DNA from: Octopus sinensis
Taxonomy: Eukaryota
Reading direction: 5' to 3'
Assembly: GCF_006345805.1 (NCBI RefSeq)
Contig: NW_021824315.1
Coordinates: 1 to 19,118, forward strand
Length of the DNA stretch: 19,118 bases
Each line of letters opens with the position of its first letter. Position 1 is the first letter of the stretch. A model generated the notes under the pieces. That model was not told the origin of the DNA. It saw nothing but the letters and a program-made list of their open reading frames with translations, and did not search any database. The position numbers were made by a program, and so were the translations under genes. Positions 18,189 to 19,118 of this stretch are shown piece by piece.

Positions 18189-18656
18189 TGTGTGTGTGTG
18201 TGCTTGCGCGTGTGTTTATCTTCTGTAATATAGCAAAGAATCAGTTCCCTCAACTGACGTCTCAACTCTCATGTGTAGACGTAATCACGTTTCGTGCGAG
18301 ACTTCTGCCTACGTCATCTTCTCCTCTGCGACCCGTGACACACTTGTCATTCCAGGAACAGGAATCCATAAAAATTTTTAAGACGTTATGACGTCACTAC
18401 CGCTGCTCTGCTCTGCTGTAATGCACTGTTAGTGGTGCAGCGATGAGGCGATGAAATGCTACGCCATGCTATGCAGTTGATGTCATCGCCTCGTTGAGGC
18501 TGTCATTCAGTGTCGCTTGTGGGTGGCGGTAGTGGAGCGCCGTGCTGGAGGTGATGATGGTTAAGAAACAGAAGAAATAAAAGAAATGAAAGGATAGAAA
18601 AGAAAAGAAAAAAAACGTTGACATCGTCGTTGTCGTCGTCGTTGTCATTATTGGCG

Positions 18657-19118
18657 ACTACCACCATCACCACCACCACCACCACCACCCCTACCACTAC
18701 TACCAACACCACCATCGCCACTACCATTACTACTTTCAACACTACCACTTCCACCAACACCATCACTACCACCACCATCATCACCACCACCATCAGCGCC
18801 AACATCACTAACACCACCACCATCACTACCACCACCATCAGCTCCACCACCACCACTAGCATCAACACAAGCAACACCACCAATCAGACGACTGTCACCA
18901 CAACCACTACCATCATCACCACCACCATCAACACCACGAACATGACCGCCACCATCACTAGCACCAACACATCCGTCAGCACAACCAACATCAACATCTC
19001 CATCACACCACCACTACAGCCACATACACAACCATCCCTACTACCACCATTATCACCACCACCACCTTCCCCTAACACGGGCCGTCACAACCCCTACTAC
19101 TGCCACCCACCACCCTAC
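18657..19118. repeat. degenerate (ACC)n trinucleotide tract
   Basis: Directly visible; the variants are mostly single substitutions of ACC. Confidence 0.85.

Overview
AT-rich, microsatellite-dense eukaryotic non-coding DNA (intronic or intergenic). The repeat families look like those I recognise from octopus/coleoid cephalopod genomes; this is an inference, not a database result. No host protein-coding exon can be supported, and almost all ORFs in the track are translations of simple repeats or antisense mobile-element sequence. Recognisable content: one full-length decayed mariner transposon (8613-9893, transposase pseudogene on the minus strand); three copies of a ~390 bp non-autonomous Helitron; about a dozen copies or fragments of three tRNA-derived SINE families (working names A, B, C); the 3' end of an RTE-clade LINE; a truncated piggyBac-type MITE; and Penelope-like terminal fragments carrying minimal hammerhead-ribozyme motifs (one complete core at 7901-7935, one half, one degenerate). 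The most interesting items are the hammerhead motifs, a structured GC-rich island (12605-12784) that may be a LINE 5' leader or ribozyme, a Helitron variant in which one internal block is replaced by a duplicate of its neighbour, and several closely spaced inverted repeat pairs that would form long dsRNA if transcribed.
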